NCBI GenBank assembly: GCA_965219445.1
Contig: CBDCNQ010000005.1
Location: 1,638,420-1,702,419, forward strand
DNA length: 64,000 bases
Direction of reading: 5' to 3'
DNA from: Longimicrobiales bacterium
GTDB lineage: Bacteria; Gemmatimonadota; Gemmatimonadetes; Longimicrobiales; Gaopeijiaceae
The notes under the pieces: model-generated
Database searches by the model: none
Told to the model about the DNA's origin: nothing
What the model saw: only the letters and a program-made list of their open reading frames with translations
Part shown: piece after piece, positions 9,838 through 20,088 of the stretch
Numbering within the stretch: position 1 is the stretch's first letter
Layout of the letters: every line of letters starts with the position of its first letter
Translations under genes and position numbers: made by a program

Positions 9838-10707
9838 ATGTTTGAGAAAGTGCTAGTGTCTATGGACCTATCGCCGGCCACCGAGGCCCTCGTGTCTGCA
9901 CTTCCTGATATGCGAGAGCTCGGTACTCGAGAGTTTCTTCTTGTCCACGCGGCAAAGCCTCTTCGCGGTCCGACATCCGAGTCGCTGGCCCGAGTGGAGG
10001 AGTACCGTGGCCGCTTGAACGGCTTGGCGGACCGCCTGAAGGAGGCTGGATTTTCGGTGAGCGTCCGTGTTCCGACCGGTGCACCGGCCGAAGAAGTGGC
10101 GAAGGCAGTAAAAGCCAAGGATCCCGATGTCGTTCTCGTGGGGTCCCGGAGTCACACCCTGATCCGGGAGGCCTTCATCGGTAGCGTGGCATGGGACATC
10201 GTGCGAAGTGCCGGCCGTCCTGTCCTTCTCCAAAAGATCGAACCGAGCCGAGGAGACCCGGAAGCGGCGTTGGAGAGTCCTGGCACGGGCCTTCCCAAGC
10301 ACGTGGTTTTTCCTACCGACTTCTCCGATACGGCGAAAAGGGCCCGCCCGTGGCTTCTCGGACTCGTCGGAGATGGCGCGCCCTCTTTCTCACTTCTCCA
10401 CGTGATGCCCACGGTGGCAAAGGAGGGAAGGAAATCGGCCGAGAGCCAGTTGGACGAGCTCGCTCAAGAGCTTCGTGAGCAAGGCGCTACAGACGTAAGC
10501 TACCGCGTTCCAATCGGCACGCCGTACGAAGAGATCCTGAAGGCGGGTGGCAACAGGGCCGATGCGTTCGTTGTGATGGGCACCCACGGACGGGGGTTGC
10601 TCCCCGGGGTAGTGCTAGGGAGCGTGGGCCGACAAGTGGTTCGTCACGCCTCTGCTCGGGTTCTCCTCATCCCAGGGGAGGAGGAGTCGGTGGTCAGATG
10701 GCGTTAG
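9838..10707 (+). CDS. Universal stress protein with two Usp domains
   Basis: MFEKVLVSMDLS, GSRSH...FIGSVA, PTDFS, MGTHGRG...LGSVG. Confidence 0.92.
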   Translation: MFEKVLVSMDLSPATEALVSALPDMRELGTREFLLVHAAKPLRGPTSESLARVEEYRGRLNGLADRLKEAGFSVSVRVPTGAPAEEVAKAVKAKDPDVVLVGSRSHTLIREAFIGSVAWDIVRSAGRPVLLQKIEPSRGDPEAALESPGTGLPKHVVFPTDFSDTAKRARPWLLGLVGDGAPSFSLLHVMPTVAKEGRKSAESQLDELAQELREQGATDVSYRVPIGTPYEEILKAGGNRADAFVVMGTHGRGLLPGVVLGSVGRQVVRHASARVLLIPGEEESVVRWR

Positions 10708-11061
10708 CGCTCGGGCGCGTGGCGATCCGGGGCCGACACGTCCGTTCAGTAAGCGTTCGGCGGGGTGACTAGAGGCGCCTCGCCAGTACGTTCCCGAACG
10801 CCCCCGCCGTCGCGACGAGATTCCAATTTTCGGGATCGCCACGTCGTCATCTGCCGGGTCTTCCTCAGCCCCGCGGGACGCCCGCGACGCCCAAGGAAGA
10901 ACCCGTCACGGGTTCCGCGAACGTACCGTAAGCTCCCGTGTAATCGCCCGCCAATTATACGGGATCACATACGATAGAAACGAGTCGGACCAAAAACTAC
11001 GACATCCATAAATAACTATAGGTCATATACTTATGACGACATAGGGACAGGATAGACAGTA

Positions 11062-11072
11062 GATCAACCGTC
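11062..11072 (+). repeat. attR core
   Basis: GATCAACCGTC preceded by about 130 bp of AT-rich arm-like DNA and followed by in-frame virB4. Confidence 0.8.
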
Positions 11073-12898
11073 CGGGCACGGTGTGGGACGGCGCGACGGG
11101 GAGCGGTATGAACTGGCGGCTCGCCCTCTCGGAGCTCGAGGCGGAGCGTTCGCACCTGCGCCTCGACGGCGAGCCGGTGATCCTGTACTCGCTCCTGTCC
11201 CCGCCCGGCCAAGCCTACGCCAACCTGCTCCGGGAGCTCTACTGCCTGGACGCGGTGATGACGGTCTCGCTCGAGTGGCGGCCCTGGGCGATGGAGGCGG
11301 CCCGGCGCCGGATCCGTGGCACGCAGCGGCACTACTTCGCGCGCCGTTACTCGATGATGGCGCACGTGCAGGAGACGGAGGGCACGGCCGCCGCGATGGT
11401 CGACTCGGCCGCGGCCACGGAGTCGGACCGTCTGGGCGAGGCGCTGGTCGAGCTGGAAGCGGACGGGGTGAGCTACGGCGAGGCGACGCTGACCGTGGCG
11501 CTCCACGGCGAGCTGGGAAGCATCGAGCGGCTGGACGGCGACCTGCGTCGGCTGTTCGCCGCGCACGACGCGAAGGTGATCCGGGAGGGCTACGGCCAGC
11601 TGCCGGCCTGGTTCTCCCGGCTGCCGGCCCAGCCGCGTGGGCGGCAGGTGCGGAAGGTGTTCGTATCGGCCGGAGTGGCCGCGTGCCTGGCGCCGCTCTT
11701 CGGGCCGCCCAAGGGCCGGGCTAAGAGCAAACACCTTGGCCGTGAGTCGCTCGCGGTCTTGGAGACCCCGTGGCGCACGGCGTACCACTACGACCTGTTC
11801 GCCGGTGATGTGGGCCACACGTTGATGCTCGGCGCGACGGGCTCGGGCAAGAGCTTCACACTGAACTTCCTCCTGGTCGAAGCTCTCAGGTACGACCCGC
11901 GCGTCCTGATTCTGGACTTGGGCGGCTCGTACCGCTGGCTGACCCGGTTTCTCGGGGGCCGCTACCTGGAGCTCTCGCCAGGCGAGGCGGAGCCGACGCT
12001 CCGGCTTCAGCCGTTCGCGCTCCCGGCGGGCACGCGGACGTTCCAGTTCCTGACGGGCTGGGTGCTACGGCTGCTGAAGCTCGGCGGTTGGGAAGCGAGC
12101 GGAGCGGATACGAGCGAGATCCGGGCGCGCATTGAGGATCTGTATGCGTTCGAGCCGGAGCGGCGGACGCTGAGCGTCCTGGCAAGCTCGCTTCCGTCCG
12201 CGACGTGGCCGGCCTGGAGCCGCTGGACCCAAGGCGGCGCGTGGGGCGGCTACTTCGACAACCCGGCCGTCGGAGCGCCGGATCTCGAGTTCGCCGACTG
12301 GCAGGTGATCGATCTCGCCGGGGCGGTCGAGCATCCGGATCTCTGCGACGCGGCGCTCTCCTACCTGCTCGAGCGCATGCGCCTCGAGGTCGAGGACCCG
12401 TCCGAGGCGGCGCGCCTGAAGTTGATGGTCGTGGACGAGGCCTGGCGCTACCTGCAGGACCCGGCGGTGCTGAGCTACCTGGCCGAGGCGGCGAAGACGT
12501 GGCGGAAGAAGAACGCCGCGCTGATCCTCGCCACGCAGTCCGCCGTCGACGTGACGGCAACGCCCGGCGCTGCGGCGCTCCTCGAGTCGATCCCGACCAA
12601 GCTGTTCCTCGCGAACCCGGAGCTCCCCGACGAGGTCGGGGCGCTGTTCCGGCTGAACGACTCGGAGCTGGCGCAGGTCCGGGGCCTGATCCCCAAACGC
12701 GAGCTCTACCTCCGCCGCCCGGACGGGGCGGCGGTGCTCCGGCTCGAGGTCGATCCGGAGAGCTACTGGCTCTACACCTCGTCCGCATTGGACGCCGAGG
12801 AGAGGGCCCGTGCCGTCGAGCGCCACGGGCTCGCCCGGGCCATCGAGGTTCTCGCGAGCCGAGACGATCCCACCCCCACCCCCAACGCAAGGAGCTGA
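11073..12898 (+). CDS. virB4: VirB4/TrbE central and C-terminal ATPase part
   Basis: VGHTLMLGATGSGKS (Walker A), VVDEAW (Walker B), KTWRKKNA..ILATQS. Confidence 0.92.
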
Positions 12899-12904
12899 TA
12901 CGCC

Positions 12905-13768
12905 ATGCGACCACCGACTACACCCATCGTTCTAACCGCGCTTCTCTTGGCTGCGCTCCCGGCCGGGGCTACCGCCCAGCAGGAGGACGACCAAGCGTTC
13001 CTCCGGGTGCCGGTCCCGGAGGAGGGGGAGGATCGGATCCACCGGCTCCGCACCCAAGTCCGTCACACGACGGTGATCGTGCTCCCCGCCGGTGAGAACA
13101 TCCTGGATTTCGTGGTCGGCGACTCGGAGTACTGGCATCTGACGGGCGCCGCGAACGTCGCGTTCCTGAAGCCCCTCTCGGCGGACGCGGCGACGAATAT
13201 CGCGCTCGTCTGCGAGTCCGGGCGCATCTACTCGTTCCTGGTGGCTGAGCAGAGCGACGGGCCGCCCCATCTGGTCGTTCGCGTAGAGTCTGGAGCAGAG
13301 GCGGCGCGGCTCTCCGGAGGCAGCGGCCGTCCCGCGTTCGTCGCGCGTAGCGAGGTCGCGGCCTATCAGCAGATGGCCGCCGAGGCGGCCGAGGCGGCTC
13401 GCAGCGCCCGGGAGGCGGCCGAGGCCGGCATCCTGGAGGCCCGGTCGCAGGCTGAGTCGGCGATCGAGGCGTTCCGTGCCGGCTATCCGGAGCGTCTCGC
13501 GTTCGAGTACCGGCTCGACGAGGACGCGGCCGACCGGCCGTTCCTGGTCGAGGCGATGTGGCACGACGGGCAGTTCACCTACCTGCGCTCGCATGCCCAG
13601 GAGTCGCCGGCCCTCTATGAGCTCCGGGACGGCGAACCGGCGCTCGTCGCCTACGACCTCAGTGAGGACGGCCTCTACATCGCTCGACACGTGTTGGGCG
13701 ACGGATGGCTCCAGATCGGCGACAAGCGGGCTGCCTGGCGGTTCACGCCGCGGGAAGCGCTCCGATGA
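12905..13768 (+). CDS. virB9: VirB9/TrbG
   Basis: Signal peptide, TTVIVLPAGE..GDSEYW, WHDGQFTYL...PALY. Confidence 0.85.
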   Translation: MRPPTTPIVLTALLLAALPAGATAQQEDDQAFLRVPVPEEGEDRIHRLRTQVRHTTVIVLPAGENILDFVVGDSEYWHLTGAANVAFLKPLSADAATNIALVCESGRIYSFLVAEQSDGPPHLVVRVESGAEAARLSGGSGRPAFVARSEVAAYQQMAAEAAEAARSAREAAEAGILEARSQAESAIEAFRAGYPERLAFEYRLDEDAADRPFLVEAMWHDGQFTYLRSHAQESPALYELRDGEPALVAYDLSEDGLYIARHVLGDGWLQIGDKRAAWRFTPREALR

Positions 13769-15033
13769 GCCGCTGGAAGCAGTGGGTCCGGCCCCCGGAA
13801 GGCGCGCTGCCGGGCGGCATCGTGACGAAGGCCGGCGTGGTGTTGATCGCCGTGCTCGTCGGTGGACTCCTGTTCTCGTGGGCGATGACGGGTCCCGAGG
13901 AAGATGCGCCCACTCTCGTAGCCCTGCCCGAGGCGCAGGCGGTCGACGACGGGATGGGCCGATCGCTCGAAGGCCGTATTCGCGCCGAGGCCGAGCGGCA
14001 GACTCTGGAGGCCGCCGCCCGGGCGCGCGCCGAGCTCGAGCGCCGGCAGGCTGCGGCCGCCGAAGAGATGGCTCGGCTCCAGACCGAGTCGGAGACGCCG
14101 AACACCGCAGCCTTGATCCCAGGCGTGAGCGCGGCCGAGTCGGAGCTTAGGGAGGCGCTTCGCCTGGAGGAGCTGGAGCGAAGAACCCGCTCGCTCCGTG
14201 CCCTTCCCGTGGCTCAGTCGTACCGGGATCCCAACGCGACCGCGGAGTCGTCCGAAGCCGGCACCGGCGATGCGGCCGACGCGGATGTGGCGCTCCTCGA
14301 GAACACGGTCCAAGCGGCGCTCGCCTCTTTCGAGCAGTCGGTCGGGGCGCTCGAGAACGAATTGGAAGCGGAGTTGGCGGCCGGGCAGCTCCTCTCCGGC
14401 TCCCCGGGACCTGCCGCACCGCCAAGCTCTCCTCGCACCCCCGGCACGGCTGAGCCCGGCCGGAGCGTGCAACCCGCCGACCCGCCGGGCTGGGAGCGGA
14501 TCCACGAGGGCTCGTTCCTCGAAGGGGTGCTCCTCACGCAGCTCTCGGGCGATTTCCCGGGACCGGTGCTCGCCATGGTCTCGGTCCCGTTCTATTCGGC
14601 CGACCGCCAGCGGGTCCTGATCCCGCGCGGCACGCGCGTCGTCGGCACGGCCCGGGCCGTTCAGGACCCGGACCAGAGCCGGCTCGCCGTCGCGTTCCAC
14701 CGGCTGCTGCTCCCCGACGGCAGCTGGATCGACCTCGAGTTCACCGGCCTGAACCAGGCGGGCGAGGGCGCCCTTCGGGACCAGGTCGATCGCCACTACT
14801 TCAGCACGTTCGCGGCCGCCGGAGCCATCGGCGTCGTAAGCGGACTCGCCCTGGCCGGCGGTTCGCCGTTCGGCCTGAGGACGGGCGTCGGCCAAGGCCT
14901 CGGCCAGAGCGCGACCTCGGTTCTCGACCGGTTCCTGAACCGGCTACCCACGATCACGATCCGCGCCGGCCATCGCCTGCGCATCTGGTTCACGTCCGAC
15001 GTCCTGGTCCCCAGGTCCGGGACACGGCAATGA
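13765..15033 (+). CDS. virB10: VirB10/TrbI
   Basis: N-terminal TM, coiled/Pro-rich linker, VLIPRGTRVVG, GEGALRDQVDRHY, PTITIRAG. Confidence 0.9.
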   Translation: MSRWKQWVRPPEGALPGGIVTKAGVVLIAVLVGGLLFSWAMTGPEEDAPTLVALPEAQAVDDGMGRSLEGRIRAEAERQTLEAAARARAELERRQAAAAEEMARLQTESETPNTAALIPGVSAAESELREALRLEELERRTRSLRALPVAQSYRDPNATAESSEAGTGDAADADVALLENTVQAALASFEQSVGALENELEAELAAGQLLSGSPGPAAPPSSPRTPGTAEPGRSVQPADPPGWERIHEGSFLEGVLLTQLSGDFPGPVLAMVSVPFYSADRQRVLIPRGTRVVGTARAVQDPDQSRLAVAFHRLLLPDGSWIDLEFTGLNQAGEGALRDQVDRHYFSTFAAAGAIGVVSGLALAGGSPFGLRTGVGQGLGQSATSVLDRFLNRLPTITIRAGHRLRIWFTSDVLVPRSGTRQ

Positions 15034-15959
15034 CAAACAAGGAGCTCATCATGCGTCACCGCAGCCTTACCACCGTCCTCTTGGTCTCGGTCCTGATGCT
15101 CGCGAGCGCTGGGCCGGCCAACGCCCTCTTCGACATCGGCGGCGTGATTCAGCGTGCCCAGATGATCGCGAACCAAGTGACCCAGCTTGCGAACCAGCTC
15201 AGCCAGATGCGGACGATGACCCGCCAGCTCACCGAGCTCGAGGAGCAGCTCGACCACATGAAGGACGTCGCGCGCGGCGAGGTGGACGCTTTGGTCGAAC
15301 CGTTCGCGGAGCTCGCGGCCGGATCCATCGGCCTCGTCGGCAACGACCTCGACTGGGGCTCCGAGTTCAGCGGCGCGGCCGGCGAGCTGGTCGACGCGGT
15401 GCGTGACATGGGGAGCGGAAGCTCGTTCACCGACGTCTGGCGGAGCGCCCAAGGGGTGGCCGACCAGGTGAGCGAGGCGGACATCCTCGAGCTGTTCCGT
15501 AACCGCCCGGCCGAGGCGTCGTCGCGCGCGGTGGAGGACTACCGCCAGGCCAAGGAGACCGCCGACCGGCAGAGGGTGCTCGACTACGCGATGATGGACG
15601 CCGCGGCCTCGCTCGCATCGACCGTCGAGAGCGCGCAGAGCTCGTTCGACGACCTGACCGCGAATGGGAACCTGTCCAACACGGCACTCCAGCAGGCGCA
15701 GGTCGCGGCCGCGCTGACCCAGGGCCGGATCAACGCCGCCGTGGCGCAGGTGCTCGCCTATCAGGCGGTCGAGCAGGCGAACCGGATGCAGCAGGCCGAG
15801 ATCGACCGGCTCGAGCGGCTCGCCGAGTGGAGGGACGCGCGCCTCCGTACGAACGCGATGGCCGATGCGATGCGCACGGCCGCGTTCCAGAACCGCGACC
15901 GGCTCCGGGAGGGGCTCCTGTTCAAGGTCCCGTCGTTCTATATGGGCGGCCAAGTTTAG
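15030..15959 (+). CDS. VirB5/TrbJ-like secreted helical protein
   Basis: Signal peptide, Gln-rich coiled coil (QMIANQVTQLANQ), located before virB6. Confidence 0.55.
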   Translation: MTNKELIMRHRSLTTVLLVSVLMLASAGPANALFDIGGVIQRAQMIANQVTQLANQLSQMRTMTRQLTELEEQLDHMKDVARGEVDALVEPFAELAAGSIGLVGNDLDWGSEFSGAAGELVDAVRDMGSGSSFTDVWRSAQGVADQVSEADILELFRNRPAEASSRAVEDYRQAKETADRQRVLDYAMMDAAASLASTVESAQSSFDDLTANGNLSNTALQQAQVAAALTQGRINAAVAQVLAYQAVEQANRMQQAEIDRLERLAEWRDARLRTNAMADAMRTAAFQNRDRLREGLLFKVPSFYMGGQV

Positions 15960-15977
15960 GCCCCGGGAGCGACCGTC

Positions 15978-16988
15978 ATGCAACTTCCTCCCCCGCAGTC
16001 GATCGATCCGAACGTCCCGGCCCAGATCCCGGCGGATCAGCTCCAGGACTTCAAGGGGTTCCTCGACGTCGTGCTAGATACCGTGGTCGGCGGCGCCGCG
16101 CCCGACGTGCTGACGCTCGGCCACCAGCTGTGGGGCGGTCTCGCGGCGATCGTCGTCGCATGGAGCGGCCTCAAGATCGCGTTCAGCGGAACCTTCGAGC
16201 CCTGGGCCCTCGTGCGTGTCGTGCTCGGGATCGCGATCCCCCGGACGCTGCTCCATTACTACAGCGTCCCGATCCCGGGCGTGGGCTTCACGTTTCCGGC
16301 CATGGTGGCGGCCGGAGGGATCTGGCTCCAGAACCTGTTCATCTCCGACGTCGTGTCCGTCGGCTACACGGAGATGACCGCGCTGGTGCAGGCGTTCGCC
16401 GCACGGCTCGGCGCGGCATGGTCGGGCGGGAGCCTGATGACCCTCATGACCGAGGGCGTGAGCGTGTTCTTCTCGTCCCTCGTCGCGCTGATGATGGGCG
16501 TGCCGCTCGTGCTCGGCCTCGTCGCGCTCTTCTGCCTGACCTACGCGCAGGTGATCTGGGCGCAGGTGGCGCTCGCGATCGTGATCCTGCTCGGCCCCGT
16601 GTTCATCCCCTGGCTGCTGTTCGAGCCGCTCGCGTTCCTGTTCTGGGGATGGTTCCGCACGCTCATCGTCTACACACTCTACGGCGTCGTGGCGGGAGCC
16701 ATTCTCCGTGTGTTCATGGGCGTGGGCATGGGCTACGTCACGACCTACACCGGCGCCTTGATGGGCACCGGCTCCTCCGACCCCGCGGAGCTGGGGCTGT
16801 GGGTCGTCGTCCTCCTACCGCTCGTCGTCTCCGGCCTGATGGCCGGCATGAAGGTGGGCGAGCTCGCCGCGATGCTCGTCTCAGGCTCCGGATCCGTCGG
16901 ATCGGGGTTCATGGCGCTCGTGGTGCGCGGCGGCGGACGCCTCAGCGCTGCCGCGAACCCGGCCCGCCCCCCAGTCCCCGGAGGCTGA
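15978..16988 (+). CDS. virB6: VirB6/TrbL
   Basis: Polytopic membrane protein with ILLGPVFIPWLLF...FWGW. Confidence 0.85.
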   Translation: MQLPPPQSIDPNVPAQIPADQLQDFKGFLDVVLDTVVGGAAPDVLTLGHQLWGGLAAIVVAWSGLKIAFSGTFEPWALVRVVLGIAIPRTLLHYYSVPIPGVGFTFPAMVAAGGIWLQNLFISDVVSVGYTEMTALVQAFAARLGAAWSGGSLMTLMTEGVSVFFSSLVALMMGVPLVLGLVALFCLTYAQVIWAQVALAIVILLGPVFIPWLLFEPLAFLFWGWFRTLIVYTLYGVVAGAILRVFMGVGMGYVTTYTGALMGTGSSDPAELGLWVVVLLPLVVSGLMAGMKVGELAAMLVSGSGSVGSGFMALVVRGGGRLSAAANPARPPVPGG

Positions 16989-16999
16989 AGGAGACATCC

Positions 17000-17668
17000 A
17001 TGAACCGAGAACACGATGCCGGCCGCGAGTACGCGGAAATCTGGGGCGAGACCGTCGAGGCGAACCGGAAGCTCCGGACGCTTGCAATGATTCTCGGAGG
17101 AGCGTGTCTCGCGCTCGCCGTGCTGCTCCTCCGGGTCGCGACCGTCGCGCCGCCCAGGCCGATCGTGGTGCGGGTCGACGAGGTCGGCCGCGCCGAGGCC
17201 GTGGCCTACGAGGCCGCAACGGCCCAGGCGGATCCGCTCGATCCCACGACCAAGTACTTCCTGAACCGGTTCATCGCCGACTTCTACTCCAGGCGCCAGG
17301 CGACGGTCGAGGAGCACTGGACGCGGAGCCTCCGGTTCCTCTCGACCGAGCTGGCGAACGCCGCATTCACGCGCGACGGCGCCGAGGTCGCCGCCATGGC
17401 GGCCGGCACCGCCGACACCGAGCTCCAGGTCGAGCAGGTCGTGCTCCGCATCCACCCCGCACCGGAGGCGCCGCACGGCGCGACCGCCGACTTCGATCTG
17501 GTCCACCTCAGGCAGGGGCAGGAGACCCGGCGCGAGCGCTGGTCGATCACGCTCCGGTTCACGTTCCTCACCGTCATCCCCTCCGAGCTCGTCGTCTACA
17601 ACCCGATGGGCATCCTCATCACCTACCTCCAGGCCGACCGTGCCCTGGTCACGGAGCAGCCCAGGTGA
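17000..17668 (+). CDS. virB8: VirB8/TrbF
   Basis: GAAGGAG RBS, single TM, PIVVRVDEVGRA, C-terminal NPMGILIT. Confidence 0.88.
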   Translation: MNREHDAGREYAEIWGETVEANRKLRTLAMILGGACLALAVLLLRVATVAPPRPIVVRVDEVGRAEAVAYEAATAQADPLDPTTKYFLNRFIADFYSRRQATVEEHWTRSLRFLSTELANAAFTRDGAEVAAMAAGTADTELQVEQVVLRIHPAPEAPHGATADFDLVHLRQGQETRRERWSITLRFTFLTVIPSELVVYNPMGILITYLQADRALVTEQPR

Positions 17669-18600
17669 TCGCCCATCTGCGGGGACGGGAAGCGGCGCTT
17701 GAGCCGTTCGGTTGGACGGGACGCCAGGCCGAGTGGATCGCGCTGGCTTGTCTCCACAGTGGCGTGTTCACCCGCGCCCAGCTCTCCGCCTATCTACGGA
17801 TCGATCGCTGGCAGGCTCTTCGGTTCGTCCGGGCCATGTCGGAGCGAAGGCTGGCGGCCGACGAGACACTGGAAGGCCGGAAAGTCTGCCGGATCTGCGG
17901 GCGCGGGATCTACCGCGCGCTCGGCGCCGAGGACATCCGCCACCGCCGGATCGCTTCCGAGGAAGTGCTCCTGCGGCGCCTGCTCTCGCTCGACTACGTG
18001 ATCGAGCACACCGGCTTGTCGTGGCTGCCCACCGAGCTGGAGAAGGTCGGCGCGTTCGAGGTGCTCGGCATCGAGCGCCGGATCCTGCCCTCGCGGCTCT
18101 ACCGGGGAGCCGCCGGGAACACGCGGCGTTACTTCCCAGTCAAGCTGCCGGTCGCGCTCGAGGCCGAACGCGCCGTGTTCGTCTACGTCGATCCCGGACA
18201 CGATACCTCGACGGCGCTACGCTCGTGGGCCGTGGCACATCGCGGCCTCTGGGAAGCGCTGCGGGAGCGCGGCCGATCCGTCGAGGTCGTGGCCGTCGTC
18301 CGCACCGTGAGGGAGCTGCAGCGGGCCCTGACGATCCTCGAGGGCTGGACCAACACATCTACAGCATCCGGCCCCTCCGCCGCTCCGGAACCCGACAGTG
18401 CGGCCCGCCGCGAGATCGTCCGAATCGAGCAGGCCATCCGCGCCAAGGACGAGCGGGTGCTCAAAGAGTATGGCGACCTGCAGGCCTGCCTCAAGCGGAT
18501 CGTCGAGCTGAACGACCTCCACCGATCCTCGACTCCCGGAACGTTGATCCACGGCTTCGCGACATGGCGCTCGAGACGGCTCCCTGGAGGCGGATTTTGA
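17665..18600 (+). CDS. T4SS-operon-linked hypothetical protein, possible winged-helix N-terminus
   Basis: GTGA overlap with virB8; degenerate paralog remnants at about 19430-19640 and 8950-8975. Confidence 0.7.
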   Translation: MIAHLRGREAALEPFGWTGRQAEWIALACLHSGVFTRAQLSAYLRIDRWQALRFVRAMSERRLAADETLEGRKVCRICGRGIYRALGAEDIRHRRIASEEVLLRRLLSLDYVIEHTGLSWLPTELEKVGAFEVLGIERRILPSRLYRGAAGNTRRYFPVKLPVALEAERAVFVYVDPGHDTSTALRSWAVAHRGLWEALRERGRSVEVVAVVRTVRELQRALTILEGWTNTSTASGPSAAPEPDSAARREIVRIEQAIRAKDERVLKEYGDLQACLKRIVELNDLHRSSTPGTLIHGFATWRSRRLPGGGF

Positions 18601-18614
18601 ACGCGGATCGGCGA

Positions 18615-18872
18615 GGGTCGTTGCTGATCGGCGAGTGCACATCAGACAACGGGGTGCATGTGCACCGAAACGCCATTTCCATGTGCGCGCCAGCGCTCCC
18701 TTATGTGCCTGACTGTCTTGCAGTTGCGGCACGGCCGCCGGAGCTGCGACGCCGCTCCGGAGCTTTCGGCCGAAGAAGGGAGCGACCCCCCCTTTGGGGA
18801 TGCCTCGATCGGCATCGGGGAGGGTTGGCATGTGCACACCCATGCCACCCTCCCACGGGGGGTCGCTCCCAT
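18615..18872 (+). other. Highly structured non-coding element (candidate oriT or ncRNA)
   Basis: Nested inverted repeats: GGGAGCGACCCC/GGGGTCGCTCCC enclosing GATGCC/GGCATC and GGAGGGT-TGGCATG/CATGCCACCCTCC; also CCGGAGC/GCTCCGG and GTGCACAT/ATGTGCAC. Confidence 0.6.
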
Positions 18873-18874
18873 CC

Positions 18875-19410
18875 ATGGATCCCTACGGGAAGGTTGTCAG
18901 AGCGATGCTGAAGCCGGCGACGCTCGTCCTCATGGGCCTCGCTTCGGCGGCCGCCATCGCTCACGCCTTCCGAGCACCGTTCCCCGGCCCCGGCGGCAAC
19001 CCCGTGCTGGACTTGATCGCCTACCACGATCCGGGCTTCCACACGGTGATCCGCGTCTGGTACTACGTGGCGCCCACCGTCGCCGTGGTGCTCTTCGGCA
19101 GTCTCGGCCTCTCGGTCTGGAGAGTCTGGCTCCAGCCACGAGCGGGAGGAGGGCGCCGGGGCACGTTGCCACCCTGGCCCGCCTCGCCCGAGGACGAGAC
19201 ACCATCGCTCGTGATCGGCGAGCTCCACCATCCCGTCGTCCCGCGCGAGAGCGAGCGGCCCTCCTGGCTCGTCGTTCCCGAGACGGGGCTCTACACCGGC
19301 GTCCTCATCGTCGGCGCCGTCGGCTCCGGCAAGACCACCGCCTGCATGTATCCGTTCGCCCAGCAGCTCCTCTCCTGGCAGGCCGACCGGCCCGCACGAC
19401 GGGCCAGCGC
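18875..19410 (+). pseudogene. virD4: VirD4-like coupling protein, 5' fragment
   Basis: Two N-terminal TMs, GLYTGVLIVGAVGSGKT (Walker A), then homology breaks off. Confidence 0.7.
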
Positions 19411-19786
19411 CCGCACCCCGAACAGTCCCGGCGCGGCGTGCACGCTGATCGCGCGAGGCTTGGTCGCCGAGGAGCCTTGCCCGGCATTCGGGGGATCGGA
19501 CGAGTTTGCCGCATCCATGCCCGGAGCCTCTTGCAGGGCACTCGCCGAGGGCATCCGCCACCGCCGCGACGCCTCGCCCGCCGTGCTCATGCGCCGCCTG
19601 TTTTCGCTCGACTACTTGATGGAGCACGCGACCTGCCTTGGCTTCGCGCCGAGGGCGAGATGCGAGGGAAGGCCCAAGCCGGGACCCCCAGGGCGCGTGA
19701 GCACGTCGAAGAGGCTGATGCGGCGCGTTGAGCCGGAGCGTCCGCGGCTGCGGCGGACGGGCTTGTCGGCCGCCCCTAAGGCGGGA

Positions 19787-19870
19787 GAGCCAGCCTACCC
19801 TTTGGGGCCACGCTTCGCGGGTCCCCGGCAGGGGCTGGCGGGGGGCTGTGCCCCCTCTGACCCCCCCAAC
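19787..19870 (-). other. oriT-like site, copy 2
   Basis: About 55 bp identical to copy 1; directly upstream of a mobC-like fragment. Confidence 0.55.
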
Positions 19871-19884
19871 GGCAACGGCACATC

Positions 19885-20088
19885 GTGGGCGCTGGACGCG
19901 ACGTGTGGGTGAAGATCCGCGCCCGCGAGGCGGAGCGTGCCGAGTGGCACGCGAAGGCGTGCTCCGCAGGGTTGCCGCTGTCGGATCTGGTGCGCCGGTC
20001 GGTGGGCCGGGTGCGCAGCTGGATCGTGGCGCACGCCGAGGTGGAGCGCGAGCGCTTCCGAGGGATCCCGGCCTTGGACACCTCGTAA
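19885..20088 (+). pseudogene. MobC-like ribbon-helix-helix fragment
   Basis: RDVWVKIRAREAERAEWHAKA..AGLPLSDLVR pattern; truncated. Confidence 0.6.

Larger units (their letters stand above)
1661..11072 (+). mobile_element. ~9.4-kb integrative element inserted in virB4
   Basis: Direct repeat GATCAACCGTC at 1661-1671 and 11062-11072; integrase beside the left end; AT-rich inner ends share CCCGTATA/TATACGGG, CATACGATA and ATAACTATA motifs. Confidence 0.75.
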
